This document shows positions 51,929 through 64,000 of a stretch of DNA of 64,000 bases, piece by piece. Numbering within the stretch: the first letter of the stretch is position 1; every line of letters starts with the position of its first letter. A program made the position numbers and the translations under genes. The notes under the pieces were generated by a model. It was not told where the DNA came from, searched no databases, and saw only the letters and a program-made list of their open reading frames with translations. This DNA is from Felis catus (lineage: Eukaryota): NCBI RefSeq assembly GCF_018350175.1, contig NC_058368.1, positions 173,912,001 through 173,976,000 of the forward strand, given 5' to 3'.

Positions 51929-53584
51929 CTGAAGGGATTCTTTAACTTGTATTTGGTTTTGAGGGGTAGGAACATTAGATATTACATTGAATGAGACAGC
52001 TGGAGATGCTAATGGGGGAATCGCTACCAAAGACCAGGATTGTGTTCATCAGGGACTTGTGCCTGATGAGGACATTCCAGAAGATCCAGCTCCATTTATG
52101 TGGCATATGGTTCTCCAAAGTTTTAAGAAATGGGAAATTGTGATGACTGGTCAGCTGCTTGGTTTGCCCCCAGTGCTTCAGAATGGTTGGGAGGCTATGG
52201 TGTCCCACTCATCAGCAAGTGATTCTAAGCTATTTCTAGAATTTATACATGATCGCTTTTTTGTTCCTTTCTTGTCCCAAGTTCAGAAATCCATTCTTGT
52301 TATAACTGGTGTCTTCAGATGCTCCTGAAGATATAAAGTGTGTGGGAAAAGATGCTGTTAGTTTCCATACACCTGCTTATAGGGTCTCCCCAGAGGAAGT
52401 TGAAGTGGAGGAAGGTTTTGCTGGAGAACAGTGTCAGGAAGTGGAAAGGAACAAGTATTTGGCAGATGCTGGCCACCAGGGGAAGGTGAAATAGGCAGGT
52501 GTCAGTGGCCCATTCCTGAGAATATTGACATAGAAGAGGCCAACAGTAGGTGCTAGCTGGAGAGCAGCTCTGTGAAATGGTGTTCAGCAGGATGGAAATC
52601 AAATCTGACTGAATTAATTGAATTCTAGTGGTGGTAGAATAGGGAGCATTGGAAGTTCAGAATGCCAGGAGAATGATTCAGTGGGATCCAGGACCTGGGT
52701 TAATTGGTAAGAGATTGATATCATGAGAGCGTAAGGTCATGTGAGGCCAGTCTTTTCTTTACTCTGTGTTTACACTAAGGGACAAGAAAAGAATGAGCAG
52801 CTGGGAATCACACTATACTGTCTCTAGGCAAGAGAGTTATTCATTATTCATGAACAATATGTCTTCTGCATTGAATTCATGGATCTCTGTGTTCCTTCTC
52901 TGTTATTCATTTTTAAAATGGATAAAAATATTTTCTATTGATGTTTATTTGATAAATTCAAGTAAGAACCTCTTTTCAATATGTGATCTGCAACAACCTT
53001 TCAGTCAATTATCCTTCTGCTTAAGAAGGGGGCGGATTCTCCGACATAGAGGGGCAGTTTACTCTATCAGGTAGGATTCTGGTCCTGGAGGCTAGAGCTG
53101 GGTTTTTGGAATCTTCTCAAAGGCTTTTAGAGGATCATCATTGCTCTGCATTTTAGCCTTGACCTAAGGGTTTGGCCCAGAGACCAAGATTCTGTATAGG
53201 AAGATAACTGAAAAGTGAGTATGGTAGGACTCTGTTCCGCTGTGGGTATGCTGAACTTTTTAATTATCCAATCCAGGACCTTGATATCCAGAGATTTTTC
53301 CCCTGGAGCTCTGTATACGGCCCCCTAGATTTGACTGTGAACTTTGAATAGGAGTCCTAGTTGCCACTCTACCCTCTACCCAGTCTATCCTATTCCTCTA
53401 GAAGGATGATGTTCTAATATTTCTCAAGAATTTCCACTTCAGGTGTGTTTCTTTACAAATGGTTTATTAAAGTGGGAAGAAGAACAGATAAAACAAGAGT
53501 CAGTGTGTTCTGGAGGTTAGGTATAGGCATCCCTTACTTGATTTATATCTCTATTTTTTTTTACAAATACTGATAAAAACAGAT

Positions 53585-54577
53585 TTCAGTTTTGGCCACA
53601 TGTATTTTGATGATCTGTCAATAGGTACATAAATGTTTATAATTGTTATATCTTTTAGCTGTATTGAGCCTTTAATTAATACACAATGTTTTTCTTTGGC
53701 TCTTATAAACTTTTTTGGTTTAAAGTCCGTTGTGTTTGATATTAATAAGGCCAAGTTGCTCCCTTTTGGTTATTTTCATGGAATATCTTCTTCCATTCTT
53801 TCGCTTTCAATCTATTTGTGTCTTGGGATCTAAAGTGAGTTCTTATAGACAGCATATAGTTGGTTCACATATTTTATCCATTCTTCCAATCTCTGTCTTT
53901 TCATTGGAGAGTTTAATCTGTTTACACTTAATTACTTATAAGGAGGAATTACTTCTGTCATTTTTCTATTTATTTTCTACATATCTTATGGCTTTTTTCA
54001 GTCCTTTATTTCCTACATTAGTGTCTTCTTTTATGCTTAGTTGATTTTTGTCTCAAAATATTTCAATTCTTTTCTAATTCCTTTTGTATATGTTCTATAG
54101 CTATTTTCATTGTGGTTACTATATGGATTATATTTAATATCCTAAAGTTTTAACAATCTAACTTAACTTGATTTCAACAACATACAAAAACTCTGCTCCC
54201 TTAATAGCTTTGTCTTCACCCTTTTTAGTTGTTGATGTTACAGAATTACATCTTTATACGTTGTGGGCCCTCAAATGTAAAGTACTAATTCTTTTTAAAG
54301 AATTTTAAAGTATTTTTAAAGAATTTAAAGTAATTTTTTTAAAGTTCATTTATTTATAGGGGCGCCTGGGTGGCTCAGTCAGTTAAGCATCTGACTTCAG
54401 CTCAGGTCATGATCTCATAGTCTGTGAGTTCGAGCCCCACGTCGGGCTCTGTGCTGACAGCTCAGAGCCTGGAGCCTGCTTCAGATTCTGTGTCTCCCTC
54501 TCTCTGTTCATGCTCTGTCTCTATCTCTGTCTCAAAAATAAATAAACATTAAAAAAAAATAAAGTTCATTTACTTAT

Positions 54578-54614
<37 letters not shown>

Positions 54615-55519
54615 AAGTAAGGGAGGGACAGAGAGAGAGAGAGAATCCCAGGCAGGCACCTCACTGTCAATGCAAAGCCTGACGCAGGGCTTGAACTCAC
54701 AAACCATGAGATGGTGACCTGAGCTGAAGTCAGATGCTTAACCAACTGAGCCACCCAGGTGCCCCTGTAAAGTAGTAATTCTTTTAAGTGCTTTAGTTTC
54801 TTAATTTATGTAGAAAACTAAATGTGGAGTTACAAAAAAAGGTTACAATAACACTAGTTTTTAGACTCATAATTAAAAAAATATATTAGTCTCTTAAATC
54901 ATGTAGAAAATAAAACATGAAGTTACAAATCAATGTTAGAAAAATACCGGCTTTTGTAATTGCCCATGTACTTACCTTTATTGAGATCTATATTTTTTTA
55001 TATTGTTTTGAGTTTTATTTTCTGTTGTTTTTTTCTTTTCATCCTGTAGGACTTTTGAGCATTTCTTATAGGAAAAATCTAGTGGTAATAAGCTCCCTTA
55101 GCTTTAGTGTATCTAGGAATGTCTTAATTTCTCTCTCACTTTTCAAGGACAGTTTTGGTTGGACAGATTCTTGGTTGACACTTTTTTTGTTGTTCTGGCA
55201 CTTTGACCATATCAACTCACTGCCTTATGGCCTATGAAACTTGTGATGAAAATCTCATGATCTTATTGAGGATCCCTTGTATGTGACGAGTTGTTTCTCT
55301 CTTGCTGCTTTCATGATTCTCTGTTTTTATACATTCTGGTTTTTGAAAATTTGCTTATAATCTGTCTTGGTGTGGGTCTTTTTGAGCCCATCTTACTTGG
55401 AATTTGTTGAGCTTCTTGGATGTTTATATTTGTCTTTTATCAAACTTGGGAAGTTTTTTTTTTTAAGTTTATTTATTTATTTTGAGAGTGAGATGTGTGT
55501 GTGTGTGTGTGTGTGTGTG

Positions 55520-55570
<51 letters not shown>

Positions 55571-56380
55571 CCCCAAGCAGGCTCCACACTGTCAGTGCAG
55601 AGCCTGACATGGGGCTTGAACTCATGAACCATGAGATCATGACCTAGAAACCAAAAGTTGGACACTTAACTGACTGAACCACCGGGTACCCCAAACTTGG
55701 GAAGTTTTAAGCCCTGATTTCTTCAAATACTTTCTTAGTACCCCCTTTCTCTCTCTTGGACCCCTATAATGTGTATATGTTGGTTTACTTGATAGTATCA
55801 CACAGGTTCCTTACACTCTGTTCACTTTTCTTCAATCTTTTCCCTTTCCTGTTTCTCAGGTTCAATAATGGCCATGATCTTATCTTCAAGTTCGTTGATT
55901 TTTTTTCTTTGGCCTGTTCAAATCTGCCTTTGAATACCTGTAGGGAATTTTTCATTTTAGTTATTGTACTTTTCATCTCCAGAATATCTTCTTGGTTTCT
56001 TTTTAGGTTTTCTATTTCTTTATTTGTATTTCCATTTTGTTCACAAATTTTTTTTTTTACTTTCTCCATATCTTCAATTCTTTAAAAATTTTTTAATGCT
56101 TATTTATTTTAGAGAGAGAGAGAGAGTGTATGTGAGAGACAGAGCACAAGTGGGGTAGAGGAAGAGAGAGACAGATCACAGAATCTGAAGCAGTCTCCAG
56201 GCTCTGAGCTGTCAGCACAGCCTGACATGGGGCTCGAACTCACGAGCTCCGAGATCATGACCTGAGCTGAAGTCGACTGCTTAACTGACTGAGCCACCCA
56301 CATGCCCCTCTTCCTTTAATTCCTTGAGCATCTTTAAGACAGTTGTTTAAAGGGTTTGTGTAGAATATCTGCCATCATTT
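53585..56380 (-). mobile_element. Old L1 (ORF1 and ORF2 endonuclease region) with four nested SINEs
   Basis: ORF1-like EIENLKRNQEDILEMKSTITKMKNSL; endonuclease-like LIKGSIQLKDITIINIYVP. Confidence 0.85.
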
Positions 56381-56547
56381 GCCTGAAGTGACAGACTCTT
56401 TCCTGTTTTCTTTTGTAACAACAGCTTCTCCAAAGCTCCCCACTATCAAAGGACTTAAACTTCAAGCTTCCTTCTTTCCTTGTCTACTCTTCCTTCACTG
56501 TAGGATGTCTCCCTCGCCCCCTGAAAATCCCCTCTATACATCCTGTC

Positions 56548-56603
56548 ATCTCTGTTATTATTTATATCTCTGTTATTATTTATATCTCTGTTATTATTTA
56601 TAT
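56548..56603 (+). repeat. 18-bp tandem repeat, about 3 copies
   Basis: ATCTCTGTTATTATTTAT repeated three times. Confidence 0.95.
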
Positions 56604-57654
56604 CCTGATTCTGCCCTGAGTGACCCTAAAAATCCAAAGACTCCCATATGTAAAAATATCCTTCAGAGTTGAGCAAAGATCAGCACCTGAAAGAGAAATT
56701 TTGGTGACAAAGGGACTATTAAAATGGTCCATCAGACAAATTCTTTAAAAATATGAATATCAAAATGATTACAGAAATGCTGAGGGATTTTTATAGATTC
56801 AAGGAGACTAAGGAGATATGATAACTCAATAGAATATCAGATCCTAGACTAGATCATGTACTAGAGAAATGCTCTAAAGGCTATTACTGGCTAAACTGAC
56901 ATCACTGAAATACAGTAGATAAAATTCTATGTTATTGTTCAAATTAACAAAGTTTATAACTATCCTGGAGATAGGAAACAGAATATCCTTGCTCTTAGGA
57001 AATATTCACTGCAAGGTTTAGGGGCAAAGTGTAATGATATATGCAACTTACTCCCAAACATTTAGGAAAAGATATGTATATGGGTAGAGAGAGCAAAGGA
57101 AACAAAATGCTAAAACTAGGTGAACCCGGGCCATAGGATTAGCAGTGTTCTTGCAACTTTTCTGTAAATTTGATTATTTTTCTAAATACAAGTTTAAAAA
57201 AAATGGCCAATGCCTCTGTCTCCCTGAATTTTATCTCTCCTTTGAGATTCTCTGCCTTTAATCACATAGCCCCCACACGTATGCTGTTCCACCTTCAAAA
57301 CAGTTGTACCATGCGCTGTCTCAGTGAAGACCAGCAGGATACACTTATCACAACTGAGGTCCTAATGTTTCTGTTTACAGAATATAGAAAAAGAGCACAA
57401 GGGAAAATGAAATAAAACACACACATAATGTACAAAAATATAAAATTAATACAGAAATACGAAGAATTATGTTTATAACATGGAGGTTTTAGGAACTGAG
57501 AATCAGAGTGTAGGTTTTGGAATCAGTCACAGCTGAGTTCTAATCTTTGCTCTGTCCATTAACAACCATGTGATCTGGAGCAGAACATTTTGCCTTTTTC
57601 CTCTTTAGTTTCCTTATCTGGAACCCAGAGACAGAAATCCTGTGTTTGTAGGGG

Positions 57655-57689
<35 letters not shown>

Positions 57690-58964
57690 CATATGAAGAA
57701 AATTCCTGAAAAGAAAAGTTTAAGGAAGGAAAGCTAGACACCAAATGGTCTCCTACCCCAAGATTTTAGTGGACTTCATGGGTATTCTTTGGAGTCTAAA
57801 AAGCTTTGAAGTCTATAAGAATTTGTGGTTGCACTGGGGTAGAGAAGAATATGGAGGAAAGAGAAGGGCCTTATTTGCTAAGGCCTTCATCAGAGTATGT
57901 GCTTTACATGTGGATTCATTTAGTATTTAGGATCTTATGACACTTCCCTATGTTGCCGATGGAAATAAAGATTGTTAGAATGCTTTCATTTTTAGCAATA
58001 TCTATTCAAATAAAAAAGTGCGTATGTGCACAATGAAACTTGCATAGGCAAGTTTATAAGCATATTTACTGCAGTATTGTTCTTTTTTAATATATATATT
58101 TTTATTTTTTAAGTTTGTTTATTTATAGCAGGAGCAGAGGAAGGGCAGAGAGAGAAGGAGAGAGAGAGAATCCCAAACAGTCTCTGTGCTGGCAGCACGG
58201 ATGTGGGGCTTGAACTCATGAACTGTGAGATCATGACCTGAGCCAACAGACAACCTGAGCTTAACAGACTGAGTCCCCCAGGGCGATCCTTCTGCAGTAT
58301 TGTTCTAAAAGCAAATTCAAGGACACTATCGATTAAGGGGATCAGTTAAATAAACTATTATACATGCATGTCATTAAAGACTCATCCATGAAATAGAATG
58401 AGACATTAGCATATACTATAGATTACGTGTGTTTACCAAAGAAAACAATTTATGTAAGGAAGGCTACTATTTTTGCCAGGCGGTGGTGGTATGGGAAGGA
58501 TATATACAGACCAATCTACCTTTCCAAAGGTGCTTTTTTACACTTAAACTGTCTCTGGAAGACCACACAAAAATTTAATAATGTTTTTCAGAAGGGGAAT
58601 TTGGAGACACAGGAGGTAAACTTACTCTATTCCCTTTTGTATTTTCTATATTTGTTACCAAGTGCTCATATCACTTTTTTTTTATATTATCCTTTTAAAA
58701 AAAGGTTTGTTTTTAAACAAATTTCCAGCCACCTGCTTACCTCCAAACCCCTCTCCCAGCCCACAGTCCTTCCCCAGGGCTTTGGTTGTCGTGGCAATTT
58801 ACCACGGTTTCTTCAGCAAGAAACTGCTGGACTTGTGGTTTAAGGTAGGTGTGGTAAGGATGGAAATATATAATCAAAGAGGGAGTGTGTGTCACAGGTA
58901 GGCATTTATTGTTTACTCTGTATCTTTTACGTTTTTGCATATGTAATCATGTGCATATATATGG

Positions 58965-59372
58965 TGTTGCGGGATCATTGAACGCTGATCGTCAAGAAAG
59001 AATTCTTGAGATGTTTTACAGTGCAACTTAGTAAGTCTATTTAAATGGCACCGGGACAGGACGTGGGCAGAAAGACCCACGCTTTTGCTATATGCAGCCA
59101 GTGGTTATATGCTTACTGTTAAAGGGGGCGGGGATGTGCAGGGAGTATTAGATCATAAATGTTTTCTTTGAATTTCTACTCGTAAAACTATTTTTCCAAG
59201 ACTTCTCCGGTGCTTATCATTTAGCTGGATATTAACTAGTGGTGGGATATACAGGCTATCATGGGACCTTTTAAGAATGTAGCAACCAGTACGTATATGC
59301 TCCTTATCAGAACTATGCAGGCTGTATAGATCGGCCTTCTGCACTAAAGTGAACATATTTCTGCTTCTATCA
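58965..59372 (-). mobile_element. ERV1 solo LTR just upstream of the THOC3 promoter
   Basis: The minus strand shares ctttctgcccacg..tcctgtccc.gtg and tctcaagaat.ctttctt blocks with the LTR at 4043-4453; TG...CA ends; TSD not evident. Confidence 0.72.
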
Positions 59373-59729
59373 CTCACCAGTAGTACCTTTTAAAAGCGGA
59401 GAATTTGCCTATTTAAAGACTTCCCTGGACTCTTTCTCAGTCCCTCCCCTCCTGAACTGTGGACACCCACAAACCCCTAGTTCACCAGCCGGAGTGTGGA
59501 GAGTTTTCTGCTCCAAGGGAGGGGACTGAGGGTGGGGATCAACCCTAGAAAAAAATGTCTTTCACTGATGGGGAACTGAGGTTTAGAAGGATTGCATTGG
59601 TTTTCTTTTTCAATTAAATAGGGATACAAATATATCTACCTGGCAGTAGGTAAGGGGGAAATAGGCCCTAAAATCCTTAGAATCATTAACTGTGAAAGAT
59701 ACTTAAATCGTAATCGTATTTGAAAAGTA

Positions 59730-60200
59730 AGGAAGCTCGCGCGCTGCATGCCGGGATTTGTAGTCCCCTCCGGATGGCCCACAGTGCGGCTGTGCAGGGG
59801 AGAGCCGCTCTTCCGGGCGCAGGCGTGCGGCAGCGGCGGCAGGACTGACTGGGCCAAAGCTGCCGTGTCCTCGCGGGCCACCGGGAGCTTGTCATGGCGG
59901 TTCCTGCGGCGGCCATGGGGCCCTCGGCGCTGGGCCAGAGTGGTCCTGGCTCAATGGCTCCCTGGTGCTCAGTGACCAGCGGCCCAACACGCTACGTGCT
60001 GGGAATGCAGGAGCTGTTTCGCGGCCACAGCAAGACGCGCGAGTTCCCCGCGCATAGCGCCAAGGTGCACTCGGTGGCCTGGAGCTGCGACGGGCGTCGC
60101 CTTGCCTCGGGGTCCTTCGACAAGACGGCCAGCGTATTCCTGCTGGAGAAGGACCGGTTGGTGAGCTGTCAGGGACCGGCCCAGCAGGAGAGAGGGGCCG
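59730..60200 (+). promoter_or_regulatory. THOC3 CpG-island promoter with ZNF143/THAP11 (ACTACA..TCCC), ETS and NRF1-like motifs
   Basis: Sharp CpG enrichment. The reverse complement of 59741-59767 reads GGGACTACAAATCCCGGCATGCAGCGC (SBS/M4 motif). CTTCCGG at 59810-59816 and GCGCAGGCGT at 59817-59826. No TATA box seen. Confidence 0.85.
59894..60160 (+). CDS. THOC3: THO complex subunit 3 (TEX1, WD40 protein), coding exon 1
   Basis: ATG at 59894; translation MAVPAAAMGPSALGQSGPGSMAPWCSVTSGPTRYVLGMQELFRGHSKTREFPAHSAKVHSVAWSCDGRRLASGSFDKTASVFLLEKDRL matches the recalled THOC3 N-terminus; 267 nt; donor TTG|GTGAGC at 60161. Confidence 0.97.
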
Positions 60201-60920
60201 TGGTAAAGGGCGGTGTGGTGTTGAGGGAGAGAATGGGGGTGAAAAGGGGGGTGGAGGCAAGGGGTGTGGGGATGTTGGGAGTGTGCAGTGCACGAGAGAG
60301 GAGTGTGGGAGTGATGAGGCTGGTGTTTAGGGGTCAGGAGGGGGTGTGGTGGAGAGGTGGACGGCGGTGGTAAGAGGGAGGTGGGGGTGCGAGGGAGTGT
60401 AGTAGTGAGGAGGAGTTCAGATGAGGGGGGCGGGGGGGAGATGAAGACGGGTGGTGAGGAGGGTGGATGGGACTGGGGTGAGATGGGGGTGTACGAGAGT
60501 GGTAGGAAGGTGTTGTGTAGTGTGAGGAGTGGCTAGGGTGCTGTGGTGCTGGTGAGGTCCCCATGGTGGTGAGGGGGGCCCTTTTGAAAATAATAGGGCT
60601 TTCTGTGGGGATGAGCAAGACTGGGAACCTGGGTGGTAGAGTAAGGATGGAAAACCAGAAAGAAGGAGGAAGGACAGGGAGGACAAAAGAGTAAGGCCAT
60701 TGGTATGGAACCCAAACCTCAGAACAGTTTAGAGTGATTGGGGAGGAAGTGTGGGTGGGTATTGGGAGTAGTTTGGCAGAAAGGGCTTGGAAGGATTGGT
60801 GTCTTTTAAATTATCCAGATCTTTGTTGGTCACAAGGTACTTTAGTTTGAATAAGGTTAAAAAAATTACATGTGGAGGCAGGTACTTTTGTGTGTAGTGA
60901 TGTTTGGATTCTCATTTCAG

Positions 60921-61077
60921 GTTAAAGAAAACAATTATCGGGGACATGGGGATAGTGTGGACCAGCTTTGTTGGCACCCAAGTAATCCTGACCTCTTTGT
61001 CACCGCGTCTGGAGACAAAACCATTCGCATCTGGGATGTGAGGACGACGAAATGCATTGCCACTGTGAACACTAAAG
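60921..61077 (+). CDS. THOC3: THOC3 coding exon 2
   Basis: Acceptor ctcatttcag|; VKENNYRGHGDSVDQLCWHPSNPDLFVTASGDKTIRIWDVRTTKCIATVNTK (WD40 repeat); donor AAAG|GTGACT; 157 nt, phase consistent with exons 1 and 3. Confidence 0.97.
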
Positions 61078-62499
61078 GTGACTCTTCAGAGAAAGGGCAA
61101 TAGGAATGAGCTACTTGTGGTCATTCAACAGGCCTTTCCTGAATTATCTTCTCTATTTGTGGCCTTGTGTTAGGTATGAGACATCCTGGGCTGAATGTGA
61201 CAATCTCCAGCTCCTAGGACCTGTACTGGGTTTAGTGCAGGGAGAGAGACGTACGTGTAAAAAAAACCCTACGTGATATGACATGGTTCGTCTTAACTGG
61301 AGAGGTCTAAAAGATGGACACTCAGAATGGAAATGCTTAAGTCTGCCTGTGGAGACAGGGAAGGTCTCACAGATTTGAGCAAACTCTTAGAATAGCTAAT
61401 AGGGATTTAGTGGTCAGGGTACAGTGGGTTGGTGGGGGATAGGAGGCAGCTCTAGGAGGGAACTGCATGTACAGATGTGTGGAGAATTTATGAAACTGTT
61501 GATAGGCTAGAATGGCTGATCTTGGAATGAATGGTCTTGGTGGTCTGGGACAAAATGAACTGGAAGTCGTGCAGTATGTTTGTAGAATCTGTTCTTCACC
61601 AGCTATTGTTCTGTAAACCTTGAGGCCATTTATTATATTTTATTGACTGACATGTCATTGATTACAAGATGCACCAATATTTTATGTGCTAGTAGGAAAG
61701 AAGATAAAGCTTCTAGGTAACCATGACGCACCAAAAATTTTGAGATGCATCCTGTTGTATTTTAAGGTACATTATAGATAATAAAGTGTGAAAAAAATAT
61801 GCATCATAGAATTGGTAAAGTTGATGACATTTCTAATCAATGTGTTCACTGTGGGCCACTGGACTTTTTGACAAGACTGGTACCTGGACATGGAATGTTG
61901 TAGTGCTTTCTCCAAGTAGACGGCTGGTAATGCATGTGTGATTTAGGTGTAACATGGATGAACATTCAAAACTGCTGTGTCTATATCTTAATTCCTACCA
62001 GAAAAAAAGAACTAGCCTGTAGAATTCATTGCTAAATTGAAACTAAATTTATTTAAGACATTTTTTGAGTCAATTTTAAGAAAAGTCTTGAGTAAAGAAA
62101 TATAGCTGTTAACATAGGACAAAAATTGTGAAAGTGGCATTCGAATGACTGGAGTTTGGGAAATGTTGGTGTAAGAATTAGAGGCTTTGGAGTTAAATCT
62201 GGCTTAGATTTTGGCTCTGTTACGTCATAGCTTTGACATTTTGGCTCATCTCTCTTATCTTCCATTTCTTCATATATAAATTGGGAATCATGAAGTGTCC
62301 ATTAGAGAATTATTGTGAGGACCCAAAGGGGGGAAATTTGTAGATGAATGTGCTGGTCTCAAAATTGTTGAGTAAGTGGTCATTCCCTTCTATTGACTAG
62401 GACCTTAGTGAATAGCTCTGGTCTTTGTATGATAAAAAAAATAAACTTCTGGAGGATTATGGGCAAACAATATCTTGCTGATTATATCTGGGTTTCCAG

Positions 62500-62704
62500 G
62501 GGAGAACATTAATATCTGCTGGAGTCCCGATGGACAGACCATTGCTGTGGGCAACAAGGATGACGTGGTGACCTTTATTGATGCCAAGACACACCGTTCC
62601 AAAGCGGAGGAGCAGTTCAAGTTTGAAGTCAATGAAATCTCTTGGAATAATGACAATAACATGTTCTTCCTGACAAATGGCAATGGTTGTATCAACATCC
62701 TCAG
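62500..62704 (+). CDS. THOC3: THOC3 coding exon 3 (gene continues beyond the window)
   Basis: Acceptor gtttccag|; GENINICWSPDGQTIAVGNKDDVVTFIDAKTHRSKAEEQFKFEVNEISWNNDNNMFFLTNGNGCINIL; donor CAG|GTGAGA; 205 nt. Confidence 0.97.
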
Positions 62705-63096
62705 GTGAGAGGGTTCTAGCTTAGGAACTGTCTGATCTTTGTGCTGGGTGCTGTGGTGGATACAGAGATGAATTAGATGTTGAGTCTGTCCTGAAGGAGG
62801 TCAAAAGACAAGTGGTAATAAAGAATCCTAACCTCTGTTGAGCACCTTTGAGCCAGGCACCTTATATTTTACTTAAGTCATCACAGAAATTCTAGGGGGT
62901 TGATAGTATGCATCTTATTTGACAGATGAGGACCTGGGATTCACAGAGGTTAAATCACTATCAACTAGTGAGCACTAGAAGTAGATGCACCTTGAATTGT
63001 GGATAATTTGTACCCATAAAGTCTTAGCTTAAATATCACTTACCCTCCAGGGAAGCCATCTTCATCATCTTCCTACTTCCCCAGGTTAGAAGCTTA

Positions 63097-63338
63097 TTTT
63101 TTTTTTATTAAAAAAACAAATATTTTTTTTATGTTTATTTTTGAGAGAGAGAGACAGACAGACAGACAGAACGTGAGTGGGGGAGGGGCAGAGAGACAGG
63201 GAGATACAGAATCTGAAGCAGGCTCCAGGCTCTGAGCTGTCAGCACAGAGCCTGACATGGGGCTCGAACTCGTGAACCGCGAGATCATGACCTGAGCTAA
63301 AGTCAGATGCTTAACGGACTGAGCCACCTAAGGGCCCC
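63097..63338 (-). mobile_element. CAN-SINE in THOC3 intron 3
   Basis: SINE consensus; TSD AGAAGCTTATTTT on both sides. Confidence 0.92.
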
Positions 63339-64000
63339 AGAAGCTTATTTTATGTACTTCCTGTTGGAAGCATTTCTCATTCTGTGTTACAATTTCATGT
63401 TTATTTGTATCTTCCATTAGACTATAAATTCCATGAGGGTAAGGACCATGTGTAACTTGTTTACTCTTAAATCCCTAGTGCCTAACTTAATACCTGCTAC
63501 ACAGAGTTAGGATCTCATTAAATATTTATTCTGTAAATGAATGAAATGGTGGAATTGAAATTCAGGCTTGTCGATTCTATTCTTTCTGTTATTCTGGGTG
63601 GGTAATGCAAGGCAGTATGAAATAGGTTATGTTAGAGAGTCTAGGAATTTGCTATGGAACCCCAAGGAAAGAAATTTATATGGACTGTGGGAGTTGGAGC
63701 TTGAAGGAGGCACCTTTTGAGCTTGATCCTTAAAGTTGAGGAGAATTTTAAGAATCAGCAAAAGGGAACCATACAGTGGACGAAACTGGTGTGAACAAGC
63801 ATGGTCTATTTGGGGAATAGTTGGTAGGTCAGAGTTGCTGGGAGTGGTGGCAGATAAGGTGTCTGAAGAGAGGGCCTGAAAATGGGAAGATAAAGTTGAG
63901 ATATAATCTGGGATCAGATTATAAAAGGCTGGATTCTATGCTTAGCAGCTTGAATTTTATTCTGTAGTTAGTAAGGATTCTATATCTTTTTTCTTTTAAA

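Larger units (their letters stand above)
49710..53580 (-). pseudogene. Unprocessed SPATA31D/FAM75-like pseudogene (exon-1 tail, intron 1, start of exon 2 fused to the long last exon)
   Basis: Frameshifted minus-strand peptides resemble recalled SPATA31D1 segments in the correct order: KKNRDINQ|gtaagg (53538); ag|CKHRVKKR (52774); FPWWPASAKYLF; FLWGDPISRCMET; KTLENHMPHKWSWIFW; HLGKVNQGRIPVNVH; GDMATSQILSIHMED; QKGQALHKTKFRQ; QAEPTAGHSCDYR; RNRQLGEKDRHPEKM; LLSQKVFL*LLLGREF. Many stops and two SINE insertions. Confidence 0.82.

Noticed and set aside
60161..60373. Extension of the THOC3 exon-1 ORF to 159 aa
   Set aside because: Read-through into G-rich intron 1 past a canonical donor
82..63327. 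Dozens of 60-140 aa ORFs with motifs such as WVAQSVKRPTSAQV, GRERGRHRI or SLEPASDSVSPSL
   Set aside because: They are reading frames through CAN-SINE sequence, not genes

Overview
This is mammalian genomic DNA, most likely from a cat or another felid. The evidence is dense tRNA-derived SINEC_Fc-type CAN-SINEs, carnivore L1 3' ends and ERV LTRs. The only intact protein-coding gene is the 5' part of THOC3 (+ strand; CpG-island promoter and exons 1-3 at 59.9-62.7 kb, continuing past the window end). The repeat-rich remainder holds several dead genes that the ORF track does not show. (1) A full-length DENR processed pseudogene (8.2-10.8 kb). (2) An unprocessed, same-strand duplicate of THOC3 (about 21.4-29.4 kb) keeping a CpG-decayed promoter, exon 1, part of intron 2 and the last coding exon. 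(3) An unprocessed SPATA31D/FAM75-like pseudogene on the minus strand (about 49.7-53.6 kb). (4) A chain of unidentified minus-strand exon-like segments with canonical splice sites (about 5.6-7.4 kb, possibly 14.7 kb). Other notable items are a 194-bp locally templated insertion into an LTR, a target site hit by nested retrotransposons, a pol/env ERV remnant, solo LTRs with clean TSDs and a strong CTCF motif. Family assignments rest on my recall of protein and repeat sequences, not database searches. I see no evidence for a wholly new functional system; the novelty is mostly evolutionary (hidden duplicates and gene relics).
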